DNA of 64,000 nucleotides, taken from NCBI GenBank assembly GCA_043814765.1, contig JBDRJQ010000028.1:1-64000 (forward strand), written 5' to 3'. Below the pieces are notes generated by a model that was given only the letters and a program-made list of their open reading frames with translations, was not told the DNA's origin and searched no databases. The position numbers were made by a program, and so were the translations under genes. Positions 48,818 to 58,617 of the stretch are shown one piece after another. The DNA comes from Nanobdellota archaeon (GTDB lineage: Archaea > Aenigmatarchaeota > Aenigmatarchaeia > QMZP01). Within the stretch, counting starts at the first letter, position 1. Every line of letters starts with the position of its first letter.

Positions 48818-49645
48818 ATGCGTATAGGAATTATGCATGGCACAAACAAGACGCCTTCTGTCAGAACAATAAATGAGACGCTAAATGCACTGAATGAGAT
48901 GTATAAAGTGGGTCTGAAAGCTTTTGTTTTGCCGAGAGAGATGTTTGGTAACATAACAGACGCATCAGATATTTACAAAGTTCATTATGGAAACCTTCTA
49001 AAGATTAAGGATCTTGCAAAAAAATACAATATAGAACTTTCATTGCACCATCCTGCTCTTACTGATCAGCCTGATGAAAATCTGAAGATATTTTGCAACC
49101 TGTCATCTATAATGGACTGTCGAACTTTCATAATAAACCCCAATTTTTATTCTCAAATGCCTCATAATCAGGCATTGAAACTCGTTGTTTACAAAATAAA
49201 CGAAACAATTATTGACCAGCGATCTGACATTAAGATTGGAATTGAGAATACAGGAAAATCCCGTGAATTGGGAAATTTTGAAGATTCATTGGACATAGTA
49301 AAAAGAACGCAAGGCACAGAACCTGTTATAAACTGGGGCAATATTCATGCCCGAGGCGCAGGAGCGCTAAGAACACAAGAGGATTTTCGTAGAATTTTAG
49401 AAAAGACCAGACAGGAAATAGGACCCCGCTACTTCAGTGATGCTTACTTCATATTCTCTGGCGTATCATACGGTCCTTCAGGAAAGATAAAGAACATCCC
49501 TCTAAGAGAGTCAGATATAAAATTAGAGCAATTGATAAAGGAAATCATGTCCTTTAACATAAAAGGAACTATCATATTTGATGATCCTCAGAAAGAAAAA
49601 TTCATTATAAAAATGATGGAAAGCCTTGCTGACATGGTTAGATAA
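48818..49645 (+). CDS. Endonuclease IV-like TIM barrel with degenerate metal ligands
   Basis: LSLH, IENTGK..ELG, HARG.G, FSGVSYG; several His/Asp/Glu ligands substituted. Confidence 0.8.
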   Translation: MRIGIMHGTNKTPSVRTINETLNALNEMYKVGLKAFVLPREMFGNITDASDIYKVHYGNLLKIKDLAKKYNIELSLHHPALTDQPDENLKIFCNLSSIMDCRTFIINPNFYSQMPHNQALKLVVYKINETIIDQRSDIKIGIENTGKSRELGNFEDSLDIVKRTQGTEPVINWGNIHARGAGALRTQEDFRRILEKTRQEIGPRYFSDAYFIFSGVSYGPSGKIKNIPLRESDIKLEQLIKEIMSFNIKGTIIFDDPQKEKFIIKMMESLADMVR

Positions 49646-49676
49646 AGATAAATTCTACTTTAAACAATCTATAAGC

Positions 49677-50246
49677 ATGCCTAAAACATTCATAAAGTTT
49701 TTAGAGCCTTACGAAAATGGTTTAGTAAAGAAAGGACCGATAATAGCAGTGTCTGGTTTTATAGGCGTTGGCAAGACTACAGCAGCTAAGATGCTTAAGG
49801 ATATCTTGGGATACAGATACTACTATCCTCCAACATTCAGAGGAAAAGCCATGCGAAAAAGACAACTGTTAACAGAAACTATAGAAGAAGCAAACACGGA
49901 AGAGTTTTATGAAATTGATATAAAGGCTCTGAAAAATTCCATGAAAGGCAAGATTGTGGTAGATTCCAGACTCAGCGCATGGGCACTGGGCAAGTGGGCT
50001 GACATAAGAATCTTTGTAAATTCTGAACCGGACATAAGAATCCATAGATTCGCAAAAGGAAACAATTTAACTGTAGAACAGGCTGCAGACGAACTCAGGG
50101 AAAGAGAAAAATTTGAATTGTCTGAGTGGAGAAAACTGTATAACATAGATTTCATGGATAAAAGAGTCTATACGCATGTTATTGACAACAACGATTCCAA
50201 AAATGATTTGAAGAATAAGCTAAGAAAAATAGTTAAGAAGCTTTAG
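49677..50246 (+). CDS. cmk: Cytidylate kinase (archaeal type)
   Basis: SGFIGVGKTT, FR..A, VVDSRLSAW, RE......LYNID. Confidence 0.85.
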   Translation: MPKTFIKFLEPYENGLVKKGPIIAVSGFIGVGKTTAAKMLKDILGYRYYYPPTFRGKAMRKRQLLTETIEEANTEEFYEIDIKALKNSMKGKIVVDSRLSAWALGKWADIRIFVNSEPDIRIHRFAKGNNLTVEQAADELREREKFELSEWRKLYNIDFMDKRVYTHVIDNNDSKNDLKNKLRKIVKKL

Positions 50247-50503
50247 CCTGCAGCTTTCAAAAGAGCCCTTCTTCTTTCCACATCTATTGCTAAGAAGCTC
50301 CTGATCTCAGCATCAACCGTATCATCCATGTCAATGGCTAGTTTGCTAACATCATCTTCATCATATTTCATAACATTGCCCAGAAGTCTTGAGAGTTCAA
50401 CACTAGAGTATTCATCCATCGAATCTCTTATTGATGATAAATAAGCTATTCTACCATCTTTTGGTAATTCTGAAAAACAACTATAACACATAACTTTTGT
50501 CAT
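50243..50503 (-). CDS. Hypothetical protein
   Basis: 86 aa with an N-terminal CxxC; SD-like AAGGTGG, directly downstream of the MNT-HEPN gene. Confidence 0.6.
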   Translation of the reverse strand: MTKVMCYSCFSELPKDGRIAYLSSIRDSMDEYSSVELSRLLGNVMKYDEDDVSKLAIDMDDTVDAEIRSFLAIDVERRRALLKAAG

Positions 50504-50512
50504 AAAACCACC

Positions 50513-51811
50513 TTATTGCGTGTCCAAAAATTTGTCTTCAGTCTTTATTTTCTTTCTCATTATGCGTCCTGCGTCTTGTATGAATTTTCTTACATACTCC
50601 CTGTTCATCATTATTTGCGACTTTGGCAGTTCAAGAACTTTGCCATCCTTAACCAAATCCTTCATTCTTGTTAGATCATTAAAAACATCAAAGTATTTTT
50701 CAGAAATAAGTCCTGTTTTTATGAGATGTTTTTCAAAGGCCTTTGGAATCATCTCATCTTTTGCAGGCAGTTTATTCATGGCTTTCAAAAGAGTGATAAC
50801 AGTTTCTGACATAACAAGCTGTGATTTGTTTATCATGTTTTCTCTTTTAAGCACTTCAATCTTGACTATGAGTTTTTGCATGCAACTAACGAATTTTTTG
50901 GCCTTTTCAATCCACTCGTCAAGAACTACACCTTCTATCGTGGTTTTTTCACGGTGCTCTATCTCTTTTCTGACGTCCAGTATGTCTTCAAGCATTTTCA
51001 CATACTCTTCGTCTAGAAGCTTCATTTTAACAAGTGTTTTGCGCAGAACACTAGGCGCTTCGCTTGGTCTTGGCGGAGTCTTACCTAAGAACATCAGAAC
51101 AGCCTGTGCTGATTCAAGCATGGCATAATAGCAGTCTTCAACAACCATGTAAATTTTAGCATTCTCAACGCGCTTGATTCTTTTTGGTCCCCGTTCAATA
51201 TACTTCTCAACAGCCTCCCTGGATGGTTTTATTTCACCCATCTGAAGAAGCCGTTTAATAGGCATGAAAATGTCCTTATCGTACACAGGAACGCCTTCCC
51301 GTATGAAATTGAAAACAATGGGATGACCTATTCTAACCATGTTCCAGAACTCAGTTAGCATGTAAGGCTGCTGCACGGAGAGGTTTGGTGATAATTTCTT
51401 TGCTGTAGCAACCATCTCATCCTCAAGCTTTGCACGCTCTCCTGGCGATATTCGATGGCGCGTATCATCAATTATAACAAAAACATCAATATCAGACTCC
51501 TCTTTAAACTCTTCGCGGGCAGTTGAACCGAACAGAACAATGGAGCGGATAATAGGTCCGTGCTTTTTTATAAGCTCTTTTGTAAAACTTTTTAGAATTT
51601 TAATTCTTTCTTTCTTGCCAATTTTTTCAGGTTTTTTCGGTTTTTTTTCCTCTGCAGGTTCCTTATCAAAAACCTCAGCCAGCTCAAGAAGCCTTTTTTC
51701 AGGTTTTTTTGCTGTGTGTTTTTGACGAGTTTTATGTAAGGTTTTTGGTTTAGAAGATTTTTTAACGGTGGCTCTCTTCTTCTTTGTTTTCAGAGTTTTT
51801 TTCTTAGCCAT
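50513..51811 (-). CDS. Minimal nucleotidyltransferase (MNT)-HEPN fusion with Lys-rich N-tail
   Basis: LFGSTARE...SDIDV; HEPN helices CYYAML..AQA; RKEIEH (R-x4-H); a second degenerate HEPN-like repeat. Confidence 0.85.
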   Translation of the reverse strand: MAKKKTLKTKKKRATVKKSSKPKTLHKTRQKHTAKKPEKRLLELAEVFDKEPAEEKKPKKPEKIGKKERIKILKSFTKELIKKHGPIIRSIVLFGSTAREEFKEESDIDVFVIIDDTRHRISPGERAKLEDEMVATAKKLSPNLSVQQPYMLTEFWNMVRIGHPIVFNFIREGVPVYDKDIFMPIKRLLQMGEIKPSREAVEKYIERGPKRIKRVENAKIYMVVEDCYYAMLESAQAVLMFLGKTPPRPSEAPSVLRKTLVKMKLLDEEYVKMLEDILDVRKEIEHREKTTIEGVVLDEWIEKAKKFVSCMQKLIVKIEVLKRENMINKSQLVMSETVITLLKAMNKLPAKDEMIPKAFEKHLIKTGLISEKYFDVFNDLTRMKDLVKDGKVLELPKSQIMMNREYVRKFIQDAGRIMRKKIKTEDKFLDTQ

Positions 51812-51827
51812 AATAAATCAATAGCAA

Positions 51828-51873
51828 GCCTGTTTAAAAAGGTTATTTTATTATTATTTTGCCTGTTTAAAAA
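51828..51873. repeat. 13-bp direct repeat GCCTGTTTAAAAA, two copies
   Basis: Copies at 51828-51840 and 51861-51873; each reads as a TATA-like TTTTTAAA on the minus strand. Confidence 0.7.
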
Positions 51874-51879
51874 AAGATT

Positions 51880-53682
51880 TTATCTCATCTCAGCTTTCTT
51901 CCAAACTTCTGCACGGCCCTTCTTTCTGGCTTCTGCAGACAGCAATCCCCATTCCTCTTCAGGCATTTCCAGCAAGTCTTTCATAGGTTCGTATGCATGA
52001 TCGCGTATTATCTGCATCTGCCTCTGTACCATGCCTGATATCGGACCTTTCAAGCCAAAGAACTCCAGTGGCAGTTTTTCTGGTTCAACATCTTCTTCTA
52101 AATATTTTGCCATCATTCTTAAGGCCTCAACAGAGCGCTTGAACGGATCTTCTCCGCCACCGCGCTCAAACATTAGGAAAGCTGTTCCCTTTTTACCCAA
52201 GCCTGTTTTTCTCCAATGCCACAACAGTTCGTAAAGTTTTACATCACCCAACTCCACTGGCTCGTGCGGGTGCAAAGGATTTGGATGATTTGAATGCACT
52301 GATATGATGTATTCGCCAAAATCCGGTATTTCCTCTGCTGTTTCTTTTACTTCCAGCCATGCATCAAGTCCCTGTGAAGCTATATGTTCATGGTCTACAA
52401 TTATAGCCACTTTATCGGTTTTTAGTGTTTTTCTTATAACTTTAACAGCAGCATAGATTTGCCTCAATCTCCAAAGAATAAACATTCCTGCATGAGAAGG
52501 ATCCCTGGCATCAGGATTTTCTATTGCTATTACAAGGTTTTTTGCTATATCCTGCAGTTCTTTGCCATCATCATGTTTTGCAAGCTCGTTTTTAAAATCA
52601 CCACTCATCCAGTCAAAAAGTTTTTTAATATGGCCCTCAAGATATTTTGCACCGACAACTGCATAGAAAAACTCTTTAAACTCCTTGTCGTTTTCTGTCT
52701 CTGCGCTTCTCCAAGCCCTTTCCAGCCATTCATTGTCGTTATAATCCAAACCATACCTGTTAAGAACATTCTTGTATAATTTAGCCATTTCTATCCACAT
52801 AGGATCTTTATTGAAGAATAAATAATGAGCCATTATATGGAAACCTTCCATTGTTTCTGTTCCCCTGAAATCTTCTGAATCCCATGCTTCGCCTTTTATT
52901 AGTTTATCTCTTACTTCGTTGTCAAGAAGTGTTGATATTTCATCTGCTATTCTTTGAGCTTCAATTGACTGTATATTATTCTCTTTTTCTTTCAAATTAT
53001 TAAACAGCTCTTCAAGCTGAAATCTAGCTTCTCCTGGTGTAATTTTGTCCTCCATTTGCAGCTGGTTTATTCTTGCCTTTTCGGTTTCTTCTTCCCGGCG
53101 AAGATCCCGCTTCATTTGTTCAAGTTCTCTTTCAAGCAGATTTTGTTTCAAGTTAAGATTCTGTATGTCATCTGAAGACAGTATATTGCGTGTAAACCCG
53201 CCTTGTCTGAGTTTGAATTTTATAAACCACTCTCTAAGAGGTTCAGATTCACTTAATATATTGGAAATGAATTTGCCTTCGTGGTCTACAAAAGATGATG
53301 TCAACTTGCGTCCGGCGTAAGTCATCAGCTCCATCCATATGTTCAAACAAGCATGGAAGTCTATGTATCCTGCGCCTGCATGAACAGCAGAACGAACTGA
53401 TTTCTGCATTCTGTCTTGAGCATCTCTCCACTCTGTTCTTTCTGGTATGCAGAGAGGAACCATGAGATCTCCGTGAAGATTTAAATCCACTTTTTGTTTT
53501 TTTGCCATGTGGCGCATTTCTCTTCCATGGGTGTAAGGAATCTCATAGGCAACATCTGCAGCTATCTCCATTGCAGACACTCCGCGGGTGATAACATAGC
53601 CAAGTTTTTTTATAGGTGTGGCTAGCTCTTCAGACCTTGCTGCAGTATAAATTCCCGAAGTTACGCCAACCCTTAATGGCAT
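51880..53682 (-). CDS. Xylose-isomerase/AP-endonuclease-2-like TIM barrel with a large helical/coiled-coil insert
   Basis: LNLHGD, IDFHA, IAIENP, VDHEH, SVHSN..HPHEP..GD, MFERGG. Confidence 0.8.
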   Translation of the reverse strand: MPLRVGVTSGIYTAARSEELATPIKKLGYVITRGVSAMEIAADVAYEIPYTHGREMRHMAKKQKVDLNLHGDLMVPLCIPERTEWRDAQDRMQKSVRSAVHAGAGYIDFHACLNIWMELMTYAGRKLTSSFVDHEGKFISNILSESEPLREWFIKFKLRQGGFTRNILSSDDIQNLNLKQNLLERELEQMKRDLRREEETEKARINQLQMEDKITPGEARFQLEELFNNLKEKENNIQSIEAQRIADEISTLLDNEVRDKLIKGEAWDSEDFRGTETMEGFHIMAHYLFFNKDPMWIEMAKLYKNVLNRYGLDYNDNEWLERAWRSAETENDKEFKEFFYAVVGAKYLEGHIKKLFDWMSGDFKNELAKHDDGKELQDIAKNLVIAIENPDARDPSHAGMFILWRLRQIYAAVKVIRKTLKTDKVAIIVDHEHIASQGLDAWLEVKETAEEIPDFGEYIISVHSNHPNPLHPHEPVELGDVKLYELLWHWRKTGLGKKGTAFLMFERGGGEDPFKRSVEALRMMAKYLEEDVEPEKLPLEFFGLKGPISGMVQRQMQIIRDHAYEPMKDLLEMPEEEWGLLSAEARKKGRAEVWKKAEMR

Positions 53683-53690
53683 ACAAACAC

Positions 53691-55235
53691 CTAAGTTGCT
53701 CCCATCAGACTTTTTATATGACCTAGCATTTCGCCAAAAGCGGATCCTGAATTGACAAGATACACTTTTGTTATCCTTTCAGCGAAATTGCTTTCATACG
53801 GTCCTTTTTTAACAAAAAGGCCGCCGAATTTTTTCATGCCGCTTCCTGCTCCAGAAAATGGTTTCTTTTTTTCGGTTTTTTTTATTTTTTCCTTGCCTTC
53901 ATACTCGCTTTCTAATCTTTCCCTTATCTCATCTTCAAGATTTTTTGATCCAACAAGCTCTTCAACATATCTCTTGAAATGTTCATTGCGTGCATGAAGT
54001 TCTATAAGATGGCAAAGCAGAACATTCTGGGAAATCACCCAAGTTTCAAGTGGCCAGAACATTATGTTTTCCAGTTCGCCTCCTTCTGGCGGAGGAGTTT
54101 TTATTATGGTTCTTGCAATCTTCATGTCAAACATCTGGTAATAAAGATACCTCGGATCCATTCTTGTTTGAGACATCTCATATTGTTTTTTATCATGAAG
54201 ACCTTCTGTTATAGCGTTATTCTTTATGTCTTCTACATCCTTATCAGTGATAGGCACTTTGTATTTTTCCGCTATTTTCTTTTTCCAGTATCTGACAAAA
54301 TCATCATACGGATCTATCAACCACTTGCCCTTTTTCGGTACAAATTCTGGTTTGCCGGTTTCTTTGAGTTCAAACGGTTTCCATACCCACAAACGGACAC
54401 CTGTAAAAGCAACAGCCTGAGAAAATCCTGGCGTCATTAGATAATCCTGACTAAACACTTCTGGACGTGCTTCTGTGGCTTCCCTCATCATCCTGTATCT
54501 CGCAACATAAGGCTTCAGCCAGTTTTTGTATTCCTCAACCGATTTCTCGCGAGATTTAACCATGTTTTCTATTCTGGCAAGCCTTTCCTTGACTGTTGGA
54601 AAGAACAGCTCTTTCCACTCAAGGTAAAGTTCATTTTTTGTCTTCAGCACAGTAGCCTCTGCCTGGCTCACATCAATCTCTTTTCTTATTTCATCTACAG
54701 TCTCTAGCTCCTTTCCTCCAAGCCGTATGAAGTCTGTTATTATCGTGGGCCATCTCTTTGTCATGGTAACCAATGAAAATCCTTCACCGGTATAAGCGTC
54801 AACCCTGTCAATGAAAAGAGAGCGAAGCACATGATCATCTTTCTTGCCTTTTTTGAAGTAATCCCAGATTTCTCTGTATCTTCTATGATCATGCTTTAAA
54901 AGTTCAAAATCTGCAACAGCCTGAGCAGCTGATGCTAAACCAGTTTTAATAGCTCCTTCCAGCTTCTGCTTCTGGGCAATTGTGAGATTGTAAGTATCCA
55001 CATGAGTTGGCGATACTTCCATATACTCATCAACCTTTACAACATTGTAATCTTGCTTGGGCAACCAGAAAACCAACCCATAGTAAAGGTTTGATGCGCC
55101 ACCCATTTTAGTTGTGTAGTCTATTGTTATTCCCTGATTCTCAGGCCTTATTGACATGGCAGTACCTAGAAGGTCAAAGGGTTTAGTTCTAGTTTTATCA
55201 TGAAGTTCATCCATCACTGTTTTTTCCCAAACCAT
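53691..55235 (-). CDS. Hypothetical helical/coiled-coil protein (514 aa)
   Basis: LRSLFIDRVD, YKNWLKPY; amphipathic C-terminus. Confidence 0.8.
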   Translation of the reverse strand: MVWEKTVMDELHDKTRTKPFDLLGTAMSIRPENQGITIDYTTKMGGASNLYYGLVFWLPKQDYNVVKVDEYMEVSPTHVDTYNLTIAQKQKLEGAIKTGLASAAQAVADFELLKHDHRRYREIWDYFKKGKKDDHVLRSLFIDRVDAYTGEGFSLVTMTKRWPTIITDFIRLGGKELETVDEIRKEIDVSQAEATVLKTKNELYLEWKELFFPTVKERLARIENMVKSREKSVEEYKNWLKPYVARYRMMREATEARPEVFSQDYLMTPGFSQAVAFTGVRLWVWKPFELKETGKPEFVPKKGKWLIDPYDDFVRYWKKKIAEKYKVPITDKDVEDIKNNAITEGLHDKKQYEMSQTRMDPRYLYYQMFDMKIARTIIKTPPPEGGELENIMFWPLETWVISQNVLLCHLIELHARNEHFKRYVEELVGSKNLEDEIRERLESEYEGKEKIKKTEKKKPFSGAGSGMKKFGGLFVKKGPYESNFAERITKVYLVNSGSAFGEMLGHIKSLMGAT

Positions 55236-55239
55236 GCTA

Positions 55240-55413
55240 TCATCCTATGAATATTAAAATTGCACCCAATATTGCGAATATAAATCCTAAAACAACTCCT
55301 ACTGTAGCCATTTCCTTTGTTTGGTAATCTAATGCACCAGGAAAAAAGAAAATCATGTATCCTCCCAAAACCAGTAATATTGCACCTATTAACAAACCAA
55401 GCCAACCAAACAT
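55240..55413 (-). CDS. Small 2-TM protein (57 aa)
   Basis: Translated by hand: MFGWLGLLIGAILLVLGGYMIFFFPG...GVVLGFIFAILGAILIFIG. Confidence 0.75.
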   Translation of the reverse strand: MFGWLGLLIGAILLVLGGYMIFFFPGALDYQTKEMATVGVVLGFIFAILGAILIFIG

Positions 55414-55471
55414 ATTAATTAATATTATGTCTGCTTAATTATATAATATATTGATTTAGGAGAATGTTATC

Positions 55472-55987
55472 ATGGTCTTTGCAAGAACCAAACTAATGCT
55501 ACAAGATAATTGCTTCGATAAGGAGCCTGGAGAACTAGAGTTAAATTATGTCGGACCCAATCCGCAAAAACTCTACAAAACTATGTTCGACGTAGCAAAA
55601 ACCGTTTTTATGGTTCCAGACAGCGATTTGCAAGAAGAAAGATTCACATGGGGTAAAAAAGAAACAGAAAAATTCAAGTCAAGATTATGGGTTAACAAGG
55701 ATGTGGATAAATTTACTCATATGTTTGTTAGACTAGATTTTTCTGGGCAGGGAACAGAAAAAACCGGTAATGCAACAATAAGGATAAAACCTGTCATTAG
55801 AACAGAGTATCCGCAAGATACTGTCTGGCAGAGATCTATTTTTTATGAACTCATTAGAACGCTTTGGCACAACGTGTTTTATCATCAGAAAAGAGCAGAT
55901 TACACAGAAGAGTGCAGACACTATACCTTTTTATTTCAGAAAAAAATGCAGCAGGCGTTCAAGAAATTAAAAGAGCAGTATGGATAA
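55472..55987 (+). CDS. Hypothetical protein, paralog A
   Basis: LNYVGPNP...W...G...G...IRTEY...FYHQKR..Y.E.C. Confidence 0.8.
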   Translation: MVFARTKLMLQDNCFDKEPGELELNYVGPNPQKLYKTMFDVAKTVFMVPDSDLQEERFTWGKKETEKFKSRLWVNKDVDKFTHMFVRLDFSGQGTEKTGNATIRIKPVIRTEYPQDTVWQRSIFYELIRTLWHNVFYHQKRADYTEECRHYTFLFQKKMQQAFKKLKEQYG

Positions 55988-55998
55988 TTGGTGATGTA

Positions 55999-56505
55999 AT
56001 GGGAAAGATTGAGATTGTTGATGATTGCCTAGCTCCTTCCAGATATATCTATATGCAGTACACTGGTACTGATCCATACGGTGTTGCTAAAAAAATAGCT
56101 GACTCTTTAACAGAGTTTTATCAAATAAGCGGAGCAGGCATGTGCCAAACATATTTTATGTGGGATGACTCTTCTGATCCTAGGGGATTTTATTTCAGAT
56201 GGTGGGTCAAAAAATCTATTGGTGGAAGATTTTCAACAATGTGGAATTATATCTGGGTTAGGGGTGAAGTATCAAAAGAAGACAACCAGGGTCATTTCAC
56301 TTTGAGAATCCATGGTGATCTGAGAACTACCTTTGAAGGGCATGGACCAATTTTAAATACGTTGTGGCATCTTTATAGTTTTTTCTTCTACAATAAAGTG
56401 CGCAGGAAATACATAGATTTTTGCAGAAAAACTGCATTGGATTTTAGAAATGAGATGAGAGAGCACTATAACCTTGAAATAGCTATTGAGCATGGTGAGC
56501 GTTAA
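55999..56505 (+). CDS. Hypothetical protein, paralog B
   Basis: MQYTGTDP...W...G...G...LRTTF...FYNKVRRKY..FC; ATG 55999 after GGTGA. Confidence 0.8.
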   Translation: MGKIEIVDDCLAPSRYIYMQYTGTDPYGVAKKIADSLTEFYQISGAGMCQTYFMWDDSSDPRGFYFRWWVKKSIGGRFSTMWNYIWVRGEVSKEDNQGHFTLRIHGDLRTTFEGHGPILNTLWHLYSFFFYNKVRRKYIDFCRKTALDFRNEMREHYNLEIAIEHGER

Positions 56506-58296
56506 TTAGCCGACATAAAAGTATTGGCCATTTCTTTTTTGTTCGGTATCTTTTTGTGAATCAGGTTTATTGGCTCGAGGCCTACCGGTTACTGGATCAC
56601 GCCTATAAGTGATACCAAGATCTTTGAGTAATTGGTTCATGCCTGAAGCTAGTTTGCATGGTTCATTGCCTGTTCCTTTAACACCTCTATTGCCTTCAAA
56701 AACCATTAACCTGTCTGAAACAGCATCAATGAATTGCAAATCATGATCGACAATAAAACATGATATTTCTTTATTTTCAGCGTAACTGCGTAGTATTTTT
56801 GCTACATTCAATCTCTGTTCTACATCAAGGAAAGCAGAAGGTTCGTCCAAAAGCAATAGGTCTGCGTCTCGTGAAAGAGCGCATGCTACAAAAACGCTCT
56901 GAAGCTCTCCACCAGAAAGCGAGTTTATATTGCGCTCCATTAGCTTCTCAACACCCAAATCAAAAAGAATTTTTTTGTTTTCCTGTGATAATTTGACTTC
57001 TTCGTGTCTTACAAACTCTAAAACAGACATTGTTTTTTCTTCCTTGGATAAAATTATTCGCTGTGGTTTGTAGGATATTTTTAGTTTTTTAGGAGCTTCA
57101 CCAATATCAGGTTTAAGTTCTCCAGCCAGCATTTTAATGAACGTGGTTTTTCCTATGCCGTTTGGACCAACAATGCCTATTATTTCACCAGAATAAAGGT
57201 TTCCTTTCCTTGTCTCTAAAGAGAAGCCTGTGAACTTTTTCTCAAAAGCAGGATATTCTAAAAATATTTTATTCTTATCCATGCTTTTTGCTCTTTTAGC
57301 AAAAACAATCGGCTCTTTTCTGAAGCGCATGTTCTCTTCTCTGATATACCCTTCAAGATACGTGTTTATGCCAACACGCACACCGTAAGGGTTTGAAACA
57401 ACGCCGAAAACACCGGGGTTACCATACAGTATGTGAGTGTAATCTGCCAGATAATCAGCAACAGCAAGATCATGCTCTACAACCATAACAAAGGCTTTTT
57501 CTGATAAGGAACGAATCTCTTTTGCTACTAGAAGTCTTTCGTATGCATCTAGATAGCTTGATGGCTCATCAAAAAAATAAAAATCTGCATCCTTGGATAT
57601 TGTTGCTATTATAGATAGCAGCTGCAGTTCACCGCCAGACAACTTGTCTATGTTCTTGTTTATGATGTTTTCTGCGTTTAATCTCTTTAAAATACCAGCC
57701 AGTTTTTTCTTATTGTCAATTTTTTCCAATAACTGCTTTACAGAACCTTTCCACATATTTGGAATCAAATCTATTTTCTGCGGCTTGTAAGCTGCTTTGA
57801 TTTTTTTCTGCGAGAGTCTTTCCAAGTAATCATGTAATTCTGTTCCCTTGAATTTATTTATTATATCTTGCCATGGAACTTCTCCCTTGAAAACACCTGT
57901 ATTGGGCTTGAAGTTTCCAGACAGTATATTCATGACAGTGGACTTGCCAACACCATTTGGTCCGACAAGACCAACCACTGCGTTGAGTTTCGGAACAGGT
58001 AATCGATAGAGTGTGAACATGTTTTTTCCGTACCTATGTATTGGCGTCTCTTTTAGCTGTTCTGGCAAGTTGACAATAACAATTGCGTTTTTAGGGCACT
58101 TTTTTGTACATATCTGGCAGGCAATGCAAAGATTCTCGTCAATAAGTGGCTTTTTGTCAGCATCCAAAACAGTTATGCAATCTTCTCCAGACCGGTTTAT
58201 AGGGCAGACCTTTTGGCACAAGTAGAATCCACAAGCCTTGGGGCTGCATAAATCTCTGTCCAGAACTGCAATTCTTTTTACTCTTTTATTCACCAT
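56506..58296 (-). CDS. ABCE1/RLI ribosome recycling ATPase
   Basis: N-terminal Fe-S Cys motifs, two ABC cassettes (GPNGVGKS, LSGGELQ), YRRD..TGRPRANK. Confidence 0.97.
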   Translation of the reverse strand: MVNKRVKRIAVLDRDLCSPKACGFYLCQKVCPINRSGEDCITVLDADKKPLIDENLCIACQICTKKCPKNAIVIVNLPEQLKETPIHRYGKNMFTLYRLPVPKLNAVVGLVGPNGVGKSTVMNILSGNFKPNTGVFKGEVPWQDIINKFKGTELHDYLERLSQKKIKAAYKPQKIDLIPNMWKGSVKQLLEKIDNKKKLAGILKRLNAENIINKNIDKLSGGELQLLSIIATISKDADFYFFDEPSSYLDAYERLLVAKEIRSLSEKAFVMVVEHDLAVADYLADYTHILYGNPGVFGVVSNPYGVRVGINTYLEGYIREENMRFRKEPIVFAKRAKSMDKNKIFLEYPAFEKKFTGFSLETRKGNLYSGEIIGIVGPNGIGKTTFIKMLAGELKPDIGEAPKKLKISYKPQRIILSKEEKTMSVLEFVRHEEVKLSQENKKILFDLGVEKLMERNINSLSGGELQSVFVACALSRDADLLLLDEPSAFLDVEQRLNVAKILRSYAENKEISCFIVDHDLQFIDAVSDRLMVFEGNRGVKGTGNEPCKLASGMNQLLKDLGITYRRDPVTGRPRANKPDSQKDTEQKRNGQYFYVG

Positions 58297-58617
58297 AATA
58301 AAGTTATTGTATTGTTTGTTTTTAAGCTCTATATATCCCTATAGATTGACATAAACAAAAACAATGTGTCAGGAGTTTTTTCTGGTGTCGGTTCAGAAGT
58401 AGTTGTTTTGGATTCTGTTTCTGTCATTTTCGTTTTTTCCTTTATTTTCTAATGAAATGATATTGTGTTCTAATCCACTAACAATGTTACGCTATATTAA
58501 GCATAAAACGCAACTCATTGTAATATTCTATCAGTATGAAACTATTCGTTAATACCTGTTATGCTAATGTTTAAAAGCTTATCTTTATAAGGAAATTGAG
58601 ACAAATATCTAAGTAGT

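Noticed and set aside
58329..58427. 32-aa minus-strand ORF MTETESKTTTSEPTPEK...
   Set aside because: Short, no recognisable motif, and it runs into the ABCE1 promoter region; unsupported.
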